This document shows positions 20,931 through 31,499 of a DNA stretch of 64,000 bases, in pieces. The notes below the pieces were generated by a model that worked only from the letters and a program-made list of their open reading frames with translations, did not search any database and was not told the origin of the DNA. Position 1 is the stretch's first letter. Every line of letters starts with the position of its first letter. The stretch spans positions 672,001 to 736,000 of the forward strand of contig CBDCDA010000002.1 of assembly GCA_965215335.1 (NCBI GenBank). The letters are read 5' to 3'. This DNA comes from an uncultured Candidatus Entotheonella sp. (lineage in GTDB: Bacteria; Tectomicrobia; Entotheonellia; Entotheonellales; Entotheonellaceae). Both the position numbers and the translations under genes were made by a program.

Positions 20931-22589
20931 CTAACCGCGGGTCAACCAGGCGAATTGCTGCGGCCGGCGCTTGGCCTCGGGATTGATCGTCACGTTAATC
21001 AACGTGGTCTCCCCGCTGTCGAACGACGCCTGCAACGCCGCCCGCAACGCCTGCGGGGTTTCGGCGTGGTAACCCTTGCCGCCGAAAGCCTCCATCACCT
21101 TGTCGTAGCGCGCATTGGGCACGAAGGCGTTGGGCGGATACGAGGCGCCCTCGGGCAGGCTGCCGGGACCGCCGCCGATGCCGTTGTTGTTGAACACGAT
21201 CCAGGTGATGGGCAGCTTGTGGCGTACCGCCACCTCGACCTCCAGGCCGTCGAAGCCGAACGCCGCGTCGCCTTCGAGGGCGATGACGCGCTTGTCCGGG
21301 TTGGCCACCTGCGCAGCAATGGCAAAGCCCGGCCCCACCCCCATGGTGCCCCAGGTGCCGGCGTCGAGGCGCTTGCGCGGCTCGTAGTTGTCCAGCACCT
21401 GACGGCTGATGTCCATCGTGCTGGCGCCTTCCGTGACGATGATGGCGTCGCGCGGCAGGAGCCGCTGGATTTCCTGCAGGGGCCGGTAATAGTTCATCGG
21501 CACCTCGTCCGACTCCAGCATCGGCACGGTGGCCACCTGCTTGACCTTCTTCTCCTTGTCGAGCGCCTGCCGCCACGCATCGGCGGCGGCTAGCTGCCAG
21601 GGATTCTCCTCCAGCTCGGCAACCATCTGCGCCATGACCACCTTGGCATCCCCCACCAGCGCGGCTTCGGCGGGAACCGAGGCGCCGATCTCCTCGGCGG
21701 CCACGTCGAGCTGCACCACCCGCAGGTCCTCGCGAAAGCGCGGCGGCAGGCCGAAGTGCATGATCCAGTTGAGGCGCGCGCCGATGGTGAACACGAGGTC
21801 GGCGTTCTGCAGGGCGTAGCTGCGCGCCGCCGCCACACTGAGCGGATGGCCATCGGGGATGACGCCCTTGCCCATCGGCGACGGCAGGAAGGGCATTTGC
21901 GTCTCTTCGATAAACCGCCGCACCTGTTCCTCCGCCCCGGCCCAGGCGGCGCCCTTGCCGATAATAGCCAGCGGCTGGCGCGCCGATTTCAGCGACGCCA
22001 GGGCCGCCTTGACGGCCGACGGGTCCACCTGCGGGGCGGGCGGGGTTTGCACCCGCGGCGGGTAGGTCAGGTCGTCTTCCTCCAGGCTGCTGGCGATCAC
22101 GTCGCCCGGCAGGTCGAGGTAAACCGGGCCGGGGCGTCCGGAGATCGAGTGGCGCACGGCGGCGGCGACGTAGCGCGGAATTAGGTCGATGCGCTCGGCC
22201 TGTCCCACCCATTTGCAGAACGGCTTGGCGAGGTCCACCTGCGGGGCGGCCTGAAAGTCGCCTAGGTGGTTCAGGGCCTGATTGGACGAACCGCCGATCA
22301 GCAGCATGGGCCAGCAGTTCGCCCAGGCGTTGCCGAGAGCGGAGATGGCGTTGGTCATGCCGGGGCCGGATACCACCAGGCAGGCGCCGATGCGGCCCTT
22401 GAGATACGAGATGGCCTGCGCCGCGTAACCCGCCGCCTGTTCGTGCCGCGTGCCGATGTAGCGGATGCCTTCGCTCGCCGCCGCTGCCGCAATGCCGGTG
22501 ACCGGGATGCCGACCACGCCGAACAACTCATCCACGCCTTGCTGCTTCAAACAGCGGGCAACCAGCCGCGCGCCATCGATTTCAGCCAT
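20931..22589 (-). CDS. ThDP-dependent 2-hydroxyacyl-CoA lyase / oxalyl-CoA decarboxylase family enzyme
   Basis: FGVVGIPV, RHEQAAGYAA, RLDAGTWGTMGVG, EGDAAFGF...NNNG, C-terminal RRPQQFAW. Confidence 0.88.
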   Translation of the reverse strand: MAEIDGARLVARCLKQQGVDELFGVVGIPVTGIAAAAASEGIRYIGTRHEQAAGYAAQAISYLKGRIGACLVVSGPGMTNAISALGNAWANCWPMLLIGGSSNQALNHLGDFQAAPQVDLAKPFCKWVGQAERIDLIPRYVAAAVRHSISGRPGPVYLDLPGDVIASSLEEDDLTYPPRVQTPPAPQVDPSAVKAALASLKSARQPLAIIGKGAAWAGAEEQVRRFIEETQMPFLPSPMGKGVIPDGHPLSVAAARSYALQNADLVFTIGARLNWIMHFGLPPRFREDLRVVQLDVAAEEIGASVPAEAALVGDAKVVMAQMVAELEENPWQLAAADAWRQALDKEKKVKQVATVPMLESDEVPMNYYRPLQEIQRLLPRDAIIVTEGASTMDISRQVLDNYEPRKRLDAGTWGTMGVGPGFAIAAQVANPDKRVIALEGDAAFGFDGLEVEVAVRHKLPITWIVFNNNGIGGGPGSLPEGASYPPNAFVPNARYDKVMEAFGGKGYHAETPQALRAALQASFDSGETTLINVTINPEAKRRPQQFAWLTRG

Positions 22590-22889
22590 GATGTGCTCCT
22601 GTCGGGAAATGAGAGAGACGCCTTCCCAATCTGCGTACCGCGCGTTTCGTCGTGGTACAATCGTGCCCTTGTCGGCAAGCGTTTCTGCGGGTTTGGGAGT
22701 GCGTGAACCAATTGAAGGGTATCGTGTGATGGGGCAACATCATACGTCAGCGCCGGGGTGGATGCAAACGAGCGCCAGGCGCCTCGAACGCTGCCCGGCC
22801 GGCGGGTCGTGAGCCGCCAGACCTGGGAGCACGTGTTATTGCCGCAACCAACGCCGCTGGCTCCGGTGGTTTCAAATAGGAGTTCCGTC

Positions 22890-23519
22890 ATGTGGCCGCG
22901 ACGCAACCGCAACCGGCAGGGCGATATGCGGACCGCTCGCCTGGCCATGGTGCGGCACCAGATCGAACGGCGCGGCATCATGGACGAGCGCGTCCTGCAG
23001 GCCATGCGCGAGGTGCCGCGGCACGCCTTTGCGCCGGCCAAACGGCGCCACGAGGCGTATGGCGACCACCCGATTCCCATCGGCGAGGCGCAAACGATTT
23101 CGCAGCCCTACATGATCGCCGTGATGATCGAGCACCTCCGGTTACGGGGCAGCGAGCGCGTTCTCGAAATCGGCACCGGTTCAGGCTATCAAGCCGCGGT
23201 GCTCGGCCGCCTGGCAGCCGAGGTGTATACGGTGGAGTGCTTCCCGTCCCTGGCCGCTAATGCCCGTCTCGTCCTGTAACGTCTCGGCTACCAGAACGTG
23301 CGGGTCGTGCAGGCCGACGGATGCCAGGGGCTCGCGGAGCAGGCCCCCTACCACGGCATCATCGTGGCGGCAGCAGCCTCATTCATCCCGGTGCCGTTGC
23401 GGGCGCAGTTGGGGGATGGCGGACGGCTGGTCATCGTGACCCGGCAAGGGGATATGTTCACAGAGGAAATAACGATGCCGTGCCAGTTCGTGCCGTTGCT
23501 GGGAGCGGAAGTTGAATGA
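22890..23519 (+). pseudogene. pcm: Protein-L-isoaspartate O-methyltransferase with an in-frame TAA at 23277
   Basis: VPRHAF, QTISQPYM, VLEIGTGSGYQAA; homology continues in the same frame after the stop (APYHGIIVAAA, FVPLLG). Confidence 0.88.
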
Positions 23520-23759
23520 GCTGCCGGGTAAGGAGATGGCGTTGCTGCCGCCCCCTTCCAAGAACCGTGCTTGCGGCGCTCTGGGAAACGATGCCGATCT
23601 CCCTTGCGGTGGCCGCACTCTACCTATCAGCCCTCAGTCACCACGTCTTGCTCCCACTGAAAGCCCCCAAGGTCATCACCCCCCCAGGTGCCCAAATTCC
23701 AGCACGATGCACGACGCGATTAGCTTGCACATAGCGCAAGCATCTGGTATCTAGACTCG

Positions 23760-24014
23760 ATGAACGGCAAGCACCGTAAAACCCTGGTCGCCGTCTTTGC
23801 CGACCCGGTGTCGGGCACCATCGAATAGGTGGCGGTCGAGGGCTTGCTTCTCGCCGCTGGTGCGCGGGTGATTGAGGGGCGAGGCTCACGAGTACGGTTC
23901 GAGAAAGATGGCGAGGTCGAAACGTTTCACCGTTCGCACCCCACCAGGGAAGCCAAACGCTATCAGGTCCGCGCCGCCCGCGCATTCCTGGAACGGATCG
24001 GAGTAACCCCATGA
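23760..24014 (+). pseudogene. hicA: HicA-family toxin with a premature TAG at 23826
   Basis: MNGKHRKTLVAVFADPVSGTIE*VAVEGLL...EGRGSRVRF...FHRSHP. Confidence 0.85.
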
Positions 24015-24343
24015 CCAATACCATGAGCTACAAGGGCTATTCGGCCCGGATTGAGTATGACGACGATGACGGCATCTTTCTCGGTCGGATCGCCGGCATT
24101 CGCGATGGCGTGGGCTTTCATGCGGATACGGTAGAGGGTCTGCGAGAAGCGTTTCACGAGGCCGTCGAGGATTATCTCGATACCTGCGCCAGGATCGGCA
24201 AAGAGCCGCAGAAGGCTTTTTCCGGCCAGGTGATGTTCCGTGTCAGCCCCGAGGTTCACCGCAAGGCCGCCCTTGCGGCCGAACTGTCTGGCAAGAGCCT
24301 GAACCAGTGGGCCGAAGAGGTGCTGGAGCGCGCCGCGAGTTAG
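24011..24343 (+). CDS. hicB: HicB-family antitoxin
   Basis: MSYKGYSARIEY, FHEAVEDYL, SGQVMFRVSPEVH, SLNQW. Confidence 0.93.
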   Translation: MTNTMSYKGYSARIEYDDDDGIFLGRIAGIRDGVGFHADTVEGLREAFHEAVEDYLDTCARIGKEPQKAFSGQVMFRVSPEVHRKAALAAELSGKSLNQWAEEVLERAAS

Positions 24344-24545
24344 AGTCAGTTGTCGCCATTTCGTCCAGAGCCAGCTCGCCCATTTCTGAAAATTCAGGAG
24401 CGGGACAACCTGGATCAGATCGAGAGGGAAATTCGCACCATGTTCCAGGCTCAGGATGCCGTGACGCCTCGCTTCCCTTTAGCGTTCTGCAGAAAAATGT
24501 GCGATTCCGACCGATCGGTAAAAGCCGCTGATTTTGTTGGAGGAA

Positions 24546-24875
24546 ATGATGGGTGAGTCCGCCAACATCCTGATTCCCATGCTAGCGGTAGGCGTCGCCT
24601 TGGGCGGGCTGATCCTGACGAGCAGCCGCGGACTGCGCCAGGAGATGACCCAGATGGAGACGCGGCTGCGCCAGGAGATGACCCAGATGGAGGCGCGGCT
24701 GCGGCAAGAGATGACGCAGATGGATGTGCGGTTGCGGCAGGAAATGGGCCATCTGCGGGAAGACGTGACGCGGCTGGGCGAGCGTGTGGCGCGGCTGGAG
24801 CACGGCCAGGCGCGGCTCGAAGGACTGCTGGAAGGACTGCGCGAGGCCATCACCGGGCGCACCGCAGCCAACTAA
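24546..24875 (+). CDS. Small N-anchored coiled-coil protein with 11-aa repeats, copy 1
   Basis: ggagg RBS; hydrophobic N-terminus; three LRQEMTQMxxR units. Confidence 0.75.
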   Translation: MMGESANILIPMLAVGVALGGLILTSSRGLRQEMTQMETRLRQEMTQMEARLRQEMTQMDVRLRQEMGHLREDVTRLGERVARLEHGQARLEGLLEGLREAITGRTAAN

Positions 24876-24948
24876 GGGGCGGCAGCCCGGCTGTCGTTCC
24901 GAAGCTGCCTGTTCGCAACCCTGTGCCACGACTGATGTGCTGGAGGAA

Positions 24949-25245
24949 ATGATGGGTGAGTCCGGTAATATCCTGATTCCCATGCTAGCGGTAGGCGTTG
25001 CCTTGGGCGGGCTGATCCTGACGAGCAGCCGCGGACTGCGCCAGGAGATGACCCAGATGGAGGCGAGGCTGCGGCAAGAGATGACGCAGATGGATGTGCG
25101 GTTGCGGCAGGAAATGGGCCATCTGCGGGAAGACGTGACGCGGCTGGGCGAGCGTGTGGCGCGGCTGGAGCACGGCCAGGCGCGGCTCGAAGGACTGCTG
25201 GAAGGACTGCGCGAGGCCATCACCGGGCGTACCGCGACCGGCTAG
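24949..25245 (+). CDS. Small N-anchored coiled-coil protein, copy 2 (one 33-bp unit fewer)
   Basis: Near-identical tandem duplicate of 24546..24875. Confidence 0.75.
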   Translation: MMGESGNILIPMLAVGVALGGLILTSSRGLRQEMTQMEARLRQEMTQMDVRLRQEMGHLREDVTRLGERVARLEHGQARLEGLLEGLREAITGRTATG

Positions 25246-25321
25246 AGAACGAACCAATTACGACGAGCAGACCCTGTGGCGTACCTCTCGGGTGCTGATG
25301 CAAGCTCTGACATGAGAGGAT

Positions 25322-26305
25322 ATGTTGGCTGCTACGGCACCTTCCAAAAGAATCGCTGATTCAAGCGCGCAAGTAGAAACCCGGTGTCCGGCACCAAGAA
25401 CCGAACAAGCTATGCAACCAGAACTTTTCGCAAAAACATCCTCTGATGAAGTCGCTTCAGGAATCGACCCCCTAGAGCACCACATTCATCAGGCAACGCA
25501 GTCAGAAGACGACTTAACGAAGGAGATTGAGGACGCGCGGGCGAAACGGGATGAGGTGAGGAAACTCAAGAAGTTTCTTGAAAATCTTAATCGCTACCGG
25601 AAAGAAGATTGGTGCATTCACATCAAACAGCACTGCGAAAAAGAGAAGGATTTTCTATCACGTCTTCGCAAACAGCCACATCCGTCAATTTCTGACATTG
25701 AGGGTCTGTATCGGGACGCCAAAACCAGGGCTGATGAGCTTGTCAAGGCTCTCCCTGGCAATATCGATCGATCGGCACGGGAAGTCGGTCTCCTGCTGGA
25801 CCGCAGCCGGAGCCGCCATCCGCGGTATTACTTTGGGGGTCATGGGTTTATCGAGGTGCAGGTGAACGACAATCGACAAATGGCTCGCATCTCTACCCGT
25901 GAAGGGCGGCTGGCTGAGATACCGGCGGATGCACAGGCCATCATTGCGGCCGTGCAGGAGGAGGTAAAACGCCTGTTCGGACGACCCTTCAAGGGTGAAA
26001 AGTTCCTCAAGGACCTCCGCAGCGTATACGCCGCAATGCTCAAGAAAACAAAGTCCCGCAACGACGAACCGGTGCGCATTCGTGATGTCTTCGACGCCAT
26101 GACAAACCGCAAGCCCTATCGGAAATACAGGAAGGACGAGTTTCTGGTTGATCTTTCACGACTGGTCGAGAAGGGACCAGAAACAACCGAAGGCTATCGG
26201 TTTGATTTGCAGCAAACCAAGGATACGGAAAATGGCATGCTTCTTCTCGGTGCGGCGGGGCGGGGCATGGTGGATTTAGGTTCAGGACTCATATCCAGAA
26301 GATGA
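25322..26305 (+). CDS. Hypothetical protein with N-terminal coiled coil; 3' end cut by IS5
   Basis: 327-aa ORF, visibly lower GC than flanking core genes; last codons lie inside the IS5 end. Confidence 0.7.
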   Translation: MLAATAPSKRIADSSAQVETRCPAPRTEQAMQPELFAKTSSDEVASGIDPLEHHIHQATQSEDDLTKEIEDARAKRDEVRKLKKFLENLNRYRKEDWCIHIKQHCEKEKDFLSRLRKQPHPSISDIEGLYRDAKTRADELVKALPGNIDRSAREVGLLLDRSRSRHPRYYFGGHGFIEVQVNDNRQMARISTREGRLAEIPADAQAIIAAVQEEVKRLFGRPFKGEKFLKDLRSVYAAMLKKTKSRNDEPVRIRDVFDAMTNRKPYRKYRKDEFLVDLSRLVEKGPETTEGYRFDLQQTKDTENGMLLLGAAGRGMVDLGSGLISRR

Positions 26306-27121
26306 CCGTGGCAGCAAGGCAGATGGCACTGAAAAAGGTGTGCGCACACCGGTCATAGCGCGTGGCGATGCGACGCCAATCCTTGAGACGACCGAACAGG
26401 CGCTCGATGAGATTACGGCTCTTGTAAAGCTCCGTGTCGTAGACAATCGGCTCTTTACGATTGGCACGGCCTGGAATACAGGGCTTGATCTTGCGCTCGG
26501 CAAGCGCCTTGCGCAGCCGGTTGCTGTCATAACCCTTGTCGGCAATCAGCACGTCGGCCTCCGGCAATGCGGGCAGCGCCATGTCCGCCCCGCGATAGTC
26601 GCTGACCTGGCCCGCAGTCAACACCATGACGACGGGCTTGCCGTCGCCGTCGCAGACGGCGTGAAGTTTCGAGTTGAGGCCGCCTCGGGTACGCCCGATA
26701 TGACGCGGAAAAGCCCCCCCTCAAGCAGGCTGGCAGCGGTGCGATGCGCCTTGAGATGCGTGCTGTCGATCATGACGGTCTCGGTGGCCGTGCTGTCGGC
26801 GGCCAAGGTTTGGAAGATGCGGTCGAAGACACCGGCCTTGCTCCAGCGCACGAAGCGGTTGTAGAGCGTCTTGTGGGGACCGTAGCAGGCGGGCGCGTGG
26901 CGCCACATCAGACCGTATCGAATGACGTGGATGATGCCGCTGATGACTTTTCGGTCATCGACGCGTGGGACGCCCCGCACCTTGGTGGGTAGCAGGGGTT
27001 TCAGGCGGGCAAACTGCACGTCGGATAGCCAGAAGCAGTGATCGGGCATGATGAACCTCCTTATGAAGTTAGGGTCTTGAATCCTACATGATCAATGATA
27101 CCCTTTTATAGGTCCTGAGCC
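26279..27121 (-). mobile_element. IS5-family (IS427-like) IS with a two-ORF transposase (26618..27049 and 26289..~26720)
   Basis: IRs ggttcaggac / ggctcaggac flanked by TA; RVDDRKVISGI, YNRFVRW, IDSTHLKAH, ADKGYDS, RRIATRYDR. Confidence 0.9.
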
Positions 27122-27133
27122 TAATCAGTGATG

Positions 27134-27820
27134 TTACGCGGCCTTGAGGAGTTGGAGTTCATCAAAGGCATGACGCACCGCCTTGAGATAGAGCCGGGTT
27201 CGTAAGGCCACGTGATTGAGCCGATGTTGCACACTGAGCCATGTCAGGCGACACGCAGCATAAATCGCCAGAAAACAATGATTGCTCTGCGTCCGTACCG
27301 TTCGGGTCGGCGACCTGGCTAGCGACGCATGGCTCTTGAGCGTCTTGTGATACGTCTCCACGTTCCACCGTTTCTGGTAGATTGTGACGATGCCTTCTGC
27401 GTCATGCTCGAGGTCGCTGCAAGCCAGATACAAAACCCCGCGGCTGCCGTCTTTGTTTGTAAAGACCTGGCGGACGAGGAGAACCGCAAAGTCCAGTCCC
27501 CTCAAGTAGCCGCGTACCGCTTGGCGTTCCGGCAAGTTCAGCGCCTCTGGGCGTGAGAAGTTTCCTTGGCGTTTGGCCTCGTAGCTCAAGGCCACCGTAC
27601 GGTTGGATTTCAGGGCGATGACGAAATGCTTGCCCAAGCCCTGGCGAATGAAGTTCAGGTTGTCTTTGGCTGAAAACCAACTGTCAGCCAGCACGTAGCG
27701 CCAGGCCAACTGATTGCGCTGGCACACAGCCAGCATGCGGCGCAGGTGTTCATTCTTCGAGCGGTTGCTTTTGCGCTTCAAGGTTCCCGTTTTCGCATCA
27801 CGGTAGACGATGGGTTTGCC
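27134..27820 (-). pseudogene. IS701-family transposase, C-terminal part only
   Basis: YVLADSWF, LKSNR, YQKRWNVETYHKTLKS; 5' part replaced by IS66. Confidence 0.85.
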
Positions 27821-28622
27821 GTAAGCGTTCAGGGGGGCCAAGTGTGCAGGTATCTATTGCATGACGGCCCTATTATGGGCTACGGTCACACTCGTTTTTC
27901 GCTCTCCCGTTGCCCTTCTCAGGAAGTCCCGAATGGAACCGTCGATACCGCCTGAGTCGCTGTCGCAAACCGATTGGCAGCACACACCACCGGCTGTACA
28001 AGCCTGTCTCTTCACCCTGCACCAACGCCTGGCCCAACTCCAGGAACAAATCGACCAACTCCAAAAGCGCTTGCAACGCACGTCCAAGACATCCGACAAA
28101 CCACCCTCGTCGGATTCACCCTTCCAAAGACCTGTCAGCAAGCAAGACAAGCCCCCAGGCAAACGGGGCGCACGAATGGGCCATCCTGGGTCAGGCTCCA
28201 GATTGCGCCGTCCCACCGAGCGGCGGGCCATCCATCCCGGACCTTGTGCCTGCGGCCAGGGCGTACCTGGCCAGACAGCGCCGTATCACCTCCATCAGGT
28301 CATGGAGTTGCCACCCATGGCGTTGCACGTCACCCACTGGGTCTTGCACCAAGGCCGATGTTCAGGCTGTGGCCGGCTGCTCAAGGCCCGCCTCCCCAAG
28401 GCGCAGCAAACCGGCCATGGCCCGCGTCTGACGGCCTTGATTGGCGAACTCAGTGCCATGCACCACATCTCCCGGCGCGGCGTACAGGATTTCTGTCGCT
28501 CGGTGTTGGGTGCGCCAATCAGCCTGGGGGCGATTCAGCGTCTCATCGACCGTACCTCCCTGGCTATTGTGCCGCACGATGCGGCCATTGCTCGCTTGGC
28601 CCGCAAGGCACGGGTGGGCTAC
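27821..28622 (+). mobile_element. Truncated second copy of the IS66 element
   Basis: Near-identical to the reverse complement of 2579..3380; begins gtaagcgttcagggggg and breaks off after RVGY. Confidence 0.93.
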
Positions 28623-28846
28623 ACGGTTTTGACCTTGAACAAGGCGATGATGAGAGCCGCCAGACAGGTGGTACGGGCGCGGTGCAGGCCAAAGGTGGAT
28701 TGGAGCAGGTCAGCGAGCATGGTAGAGTGCTTCATGGGTGTAACCTTCTGAGCCGTCAGGCGTTGGTGGATAGGCGTGATTGACCTGCCACCATAGGGGG
28801 TTACACCTTTTTTTCAACTAGTTAACGATTTTTGTCGTGTACAGTG
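28623..28846 (-). mobile_element. IS4-family (ISAba1/IS10-group-like) left-end remnant
   Basis: Minus strand begins cactgtacacgacaaa; ATG at 28735 gives MKHSTMLADLLQSTFGLHRARTTCLAALIIALFKVKT. Confidence 0.7.
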
Positions 28847-28881
28847 CGAATTCTCAACCTCTGTCAACCGGGACGAAAAGC

Positions 28882-29808
28882 ATGAACCCACACGTGTTTG
28901 CTGGTAACCCGCTCGACCACGGCGACGTGCAGCGCCGCGACCAGCGATGGCTGGATGAACAGGCCGAAAGGCCTCGTAGCCGGTTTCTGCCGCTATGGCA
29001 GCTGAACGTCCTGATCCGGGACGAGGTGAGCTTGCGGCTCGGCTGGCTGGGGCCGGACGCCTTGGCGCCGTGCAAGAACGGCGTGCCGCCCGTCTTTCTC
29101 GGCTTGCTGGACGGTGTGGCGCATTTTGCCATCGACGTGTCGGCTCTGGACGAACCGCGCGCCGAGCTGCACCTCGTCGATGGCTGGCGGTTTGAAGACG
29201 CCCGCACCGCCGCCCCCCAACTCTGTGGCCCCGAGGCCGGCATCGTGGCGCAGAGCCGCGCCCAGATCGACTGGCATCGACGCCACCAGTTCTGCAGCGT
29301 GTGCGGCGAGCGTACGGCGCCGGCCCGCGGCGGCCTCGTGCGCACGTGCCCCGCTTGCAAGGCCGAGCATTTTCCCCGCACCGACCCCGTCGCCATCATG
29401 GTGGTGGCCGACGGCGACCGCTGCCTGCTAGGCCAGAGCCGCGGCCGTCTGTCGCGCACCGGCATATATTCCGCCCTGGCCGGATTCATGAACCAAGGCG
29501 AGTCGATCGAGGAAGCGGTGCGCCGTGAAGTGAAGGAAGAGGCGGGCATCGAGGTCGGCGAGGTACGTTACCACTCGTCGCAGCCGTGGCCGTTTCCATC
29601 GTCGCTGATGATCGGCTGCCACGGGCGCGCGCTGAGCACCAACATCCACATCGACGACGAAGAGATGACGGATGTGCGCTGGTTCAGCCGCAACGCGGTG
29701 CTGGCGGCGCTGCGCAATGAAAACCCGGCCCTGCGCGTCCCGGCACCCATCGCCATCGCCCATCACCTCATCAAGGCATGGGCCGAGGGCGACGCCGCTT
29801 TTGCATGA
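28882..29808 (+). CDS. nudC: NAD(H) diphosphatase
   Basis: FCSVCG..CPAC zinc finger, FPRTDP, Nudix box, SQPWPFPSSLM. Confidence 0.95.
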   Translation: MNPHVFAGNPLDHGDVQRRDQRWLDEQAERPRSRFLPLWQLNVLIRDEVSLRLGWLGPDALAPCKNGVPPVFLGLLDGVAHFAIDVSALDEPRAELHLVDGWRFEDARTAAPQLCGPEAGIVAQSRAQIDWHRRHQFCSVCGERTAPARGGLVRTCPACKAEHFPRTDPVAIMVVADGDRCLLGQSRGRLSRTGIYSALAGFMNQGESIEEAVRREVKEEAGIEVGEVRYHSSQPWPFPSSLMIGCHGRALSTNIHIDDEEMTDVRWFSRNAVLAALRNENPALRVPAPIAIAHHLIKAWAEGDAAFA

Positions 29809-29823
29809 CCTGAGGAGCCCACC

Positions 29824-30270
29824 ATGCCGCCGCTTACCAAAGCCGAGACCGACGCCTTGCTAGCCGGCCCGATCAACGCCCGCCTGGCAACCGTGAAGCC
29901 CGACGGCGCGCCGTACGTGGTGCCAGTGTGGCAGTACTGGGACGGCACGTCGATGTACATCATTCCGCGCGAGAAATCTCGCTTTGTCACCCATGTCCGG
30001 CACGACGCCCGGGTTGCCGTCTCGTGCGCCGACGACGTCGATGCGGCGCACCCCCGCGTGCTGCTCGAAGGCACCATCGAAGTCGTGGCCGGGCCGATCA
30101 GGATGGTGGGCAGAATGCTGGAGATCGCTACCGAAATGGCGCAACGCTACGGCGGCGAGGCGGGACTTGCCTACCTGCGCGGCACGCTCGACAAGCCCCG
30201 CTACCTGCTGAAGTTGACGCCGAGCAAGATGACCACGTGGAGCGGTCCCTGGCATCCCCGATACGGTTGA
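29824..30270 (+). CDS. Pyridoxamine 5'-phosphate oxidase / PPOX-class flavin- or F420-binding protein
   Basis: ARLATVKPDGAPYVVPVW, HDARVAV. Confidence 0.85.
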   Translation: MPPLTKAETDALLAGPINARLATVKPDGAPYVVPVWQYWDGTSMYIIPREKSRFVTHVRHDARVAVSCADDVDAAHPRVLLEGTIEVVAGPIRMVGRMLEIATEMAQRYGGEAGLAYLRGTLDKPRYLLKLTPSKMTTWSGPWHPRYG

Positions 30271-30280
30271 GAACACCGTA

Positions 30281-31309
30281 TCATCCGGCCATGTCTGCCG
30301 GCCTGGGTTGCTCGTGGCCCAGAACGGGGTGGGGCTGGTAGGGTTCTTCCAGCGTTGCCACCTCCTCAGCGCTGAGCTTGATGTCAACGGCGTCAAAGAG
30401 CTCCTTGAGGTGATGCAGCCTGGTGGCGCCGATGATGGGGGCGGTGACGCCCGGCGCCTGCAGGATCCAGGCGCAGGCGATCTGGGTGGGGGTGATCCCG
30501 CGTTGACGAGCGACCTGCTGCGCCGCGGCGGCGACCTTGAAATCGTTGTCCCGGAAATACATCTGCTGCGCAAACGCATCAGTCTGCGCCCGCTTGGTCG
30601 ATGACACCTCGTCTTCGCCTTGGCGGTTGCCGGCGAAAAATCCCCGCGCCAGCGGACTCCACGGAATGACCCCCACCCCCTGATCCAGGCACAGCGGGAT
30701 CATTTCTCGTTCCTCCTCGCGGTAGATCAGGTTGTAATGGTTCTGCATGGCCACAAAACGGTGCCAGCCGTGCTCCCGCGCCACGTGCAACGCCTTGGAA
30801 AACTGCCACGCCGCCATGCTGCTGGCGCCCAGATAGCGCACCTTGCCGGAGCGCACCAAGGTGTCGAGCGCGTCGAGCGTTTCCTCGATCGGCGTGGTCG
30901 GGTCCCAGCGGTGAATCTGGTACAGGTCGATGTAGTCCATGTTGAGCCGCCGCAGCGAATTCTCGCACGCCTCGATGACGTGCTTGCGGCTCAGGCCGCG
31001 GCGGTTGGGACCCCGTCCCATGGCGCCGTTCACCTTGGTGGCGACGATGATATCGTCACGCTGCGCCATCTCGCCCAGCCAGTGGCCGGTAATGGTCTCG
31101 CTCAGGCCCACCGAGTACACGTCGGCGGTGTCGAAAAAGGTGACGCCGGCCTCCAGCGCCAAGGTGAAGTGTGCGCGCGCGTCTTCCTTGTTCAAGGCCC
31201 AACCTCGTGGCCGCGCCCAGGCGGGTTGCTTGCCACCGCCGTAACTCATACATCCGAGGCAAATTCGTGACACCGTCATGCCGGTGCGCCCGAGCTTCGT
31301 GTATTGCAT
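30281..31309 (-). CDS. Aldo/keto reductase
   Basis: LGRTGMTVSRICLG, FDTADVYS, DYIDLYQIHRWD, PWSPLARG. Confidence 0.95.
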   Translation of the reverse strand: MQYTKLGRTGMTVSRICLGCMSYGGGKQPAWARPRGWALNKEDARAHFTLALEAGVTFFDTADVYSVGLSETITGHWLGEMAQRDDIIVATKVNGAMGRGPNRRGLSRKHVIEACENSLRRLNMDYIDLYQIHRWDPTTPIEETLDALDTLVRSGKVRYLGASSMAAWQFSKALHVAREHGWHRFVAMQNHYNLIYREEEREMIPLCLDQGVGVIPWSPLARGFFAGNRQGEDEVSSTKRAQTDAFAQQMYFRDNDFKVAAAAQQVARQRGITPTQIACAWILQAPGVTAPIIGATRLHHLKELFDAVDIKLSAEEVATLEEPYQPHPVLGHEQPRPADMAG

Positions 31310-31499
31310 CGTGTCTCCATTCGTTTTCCAAAAAGGTGGCCAACCGGCAAGGCGGAGGGGAAATCGGCGGCATCATGCGGCGGCGACGGTAGGGATGTCA
31401 AGGCCGTCTGCGGCTTGTGCCGCTCGGGGCCGTCCGCTATAGTGGCGGCCCTTCAAATCCGCACCTGACCTGACCCACCCTGGCCCGGAGGACAATCAC

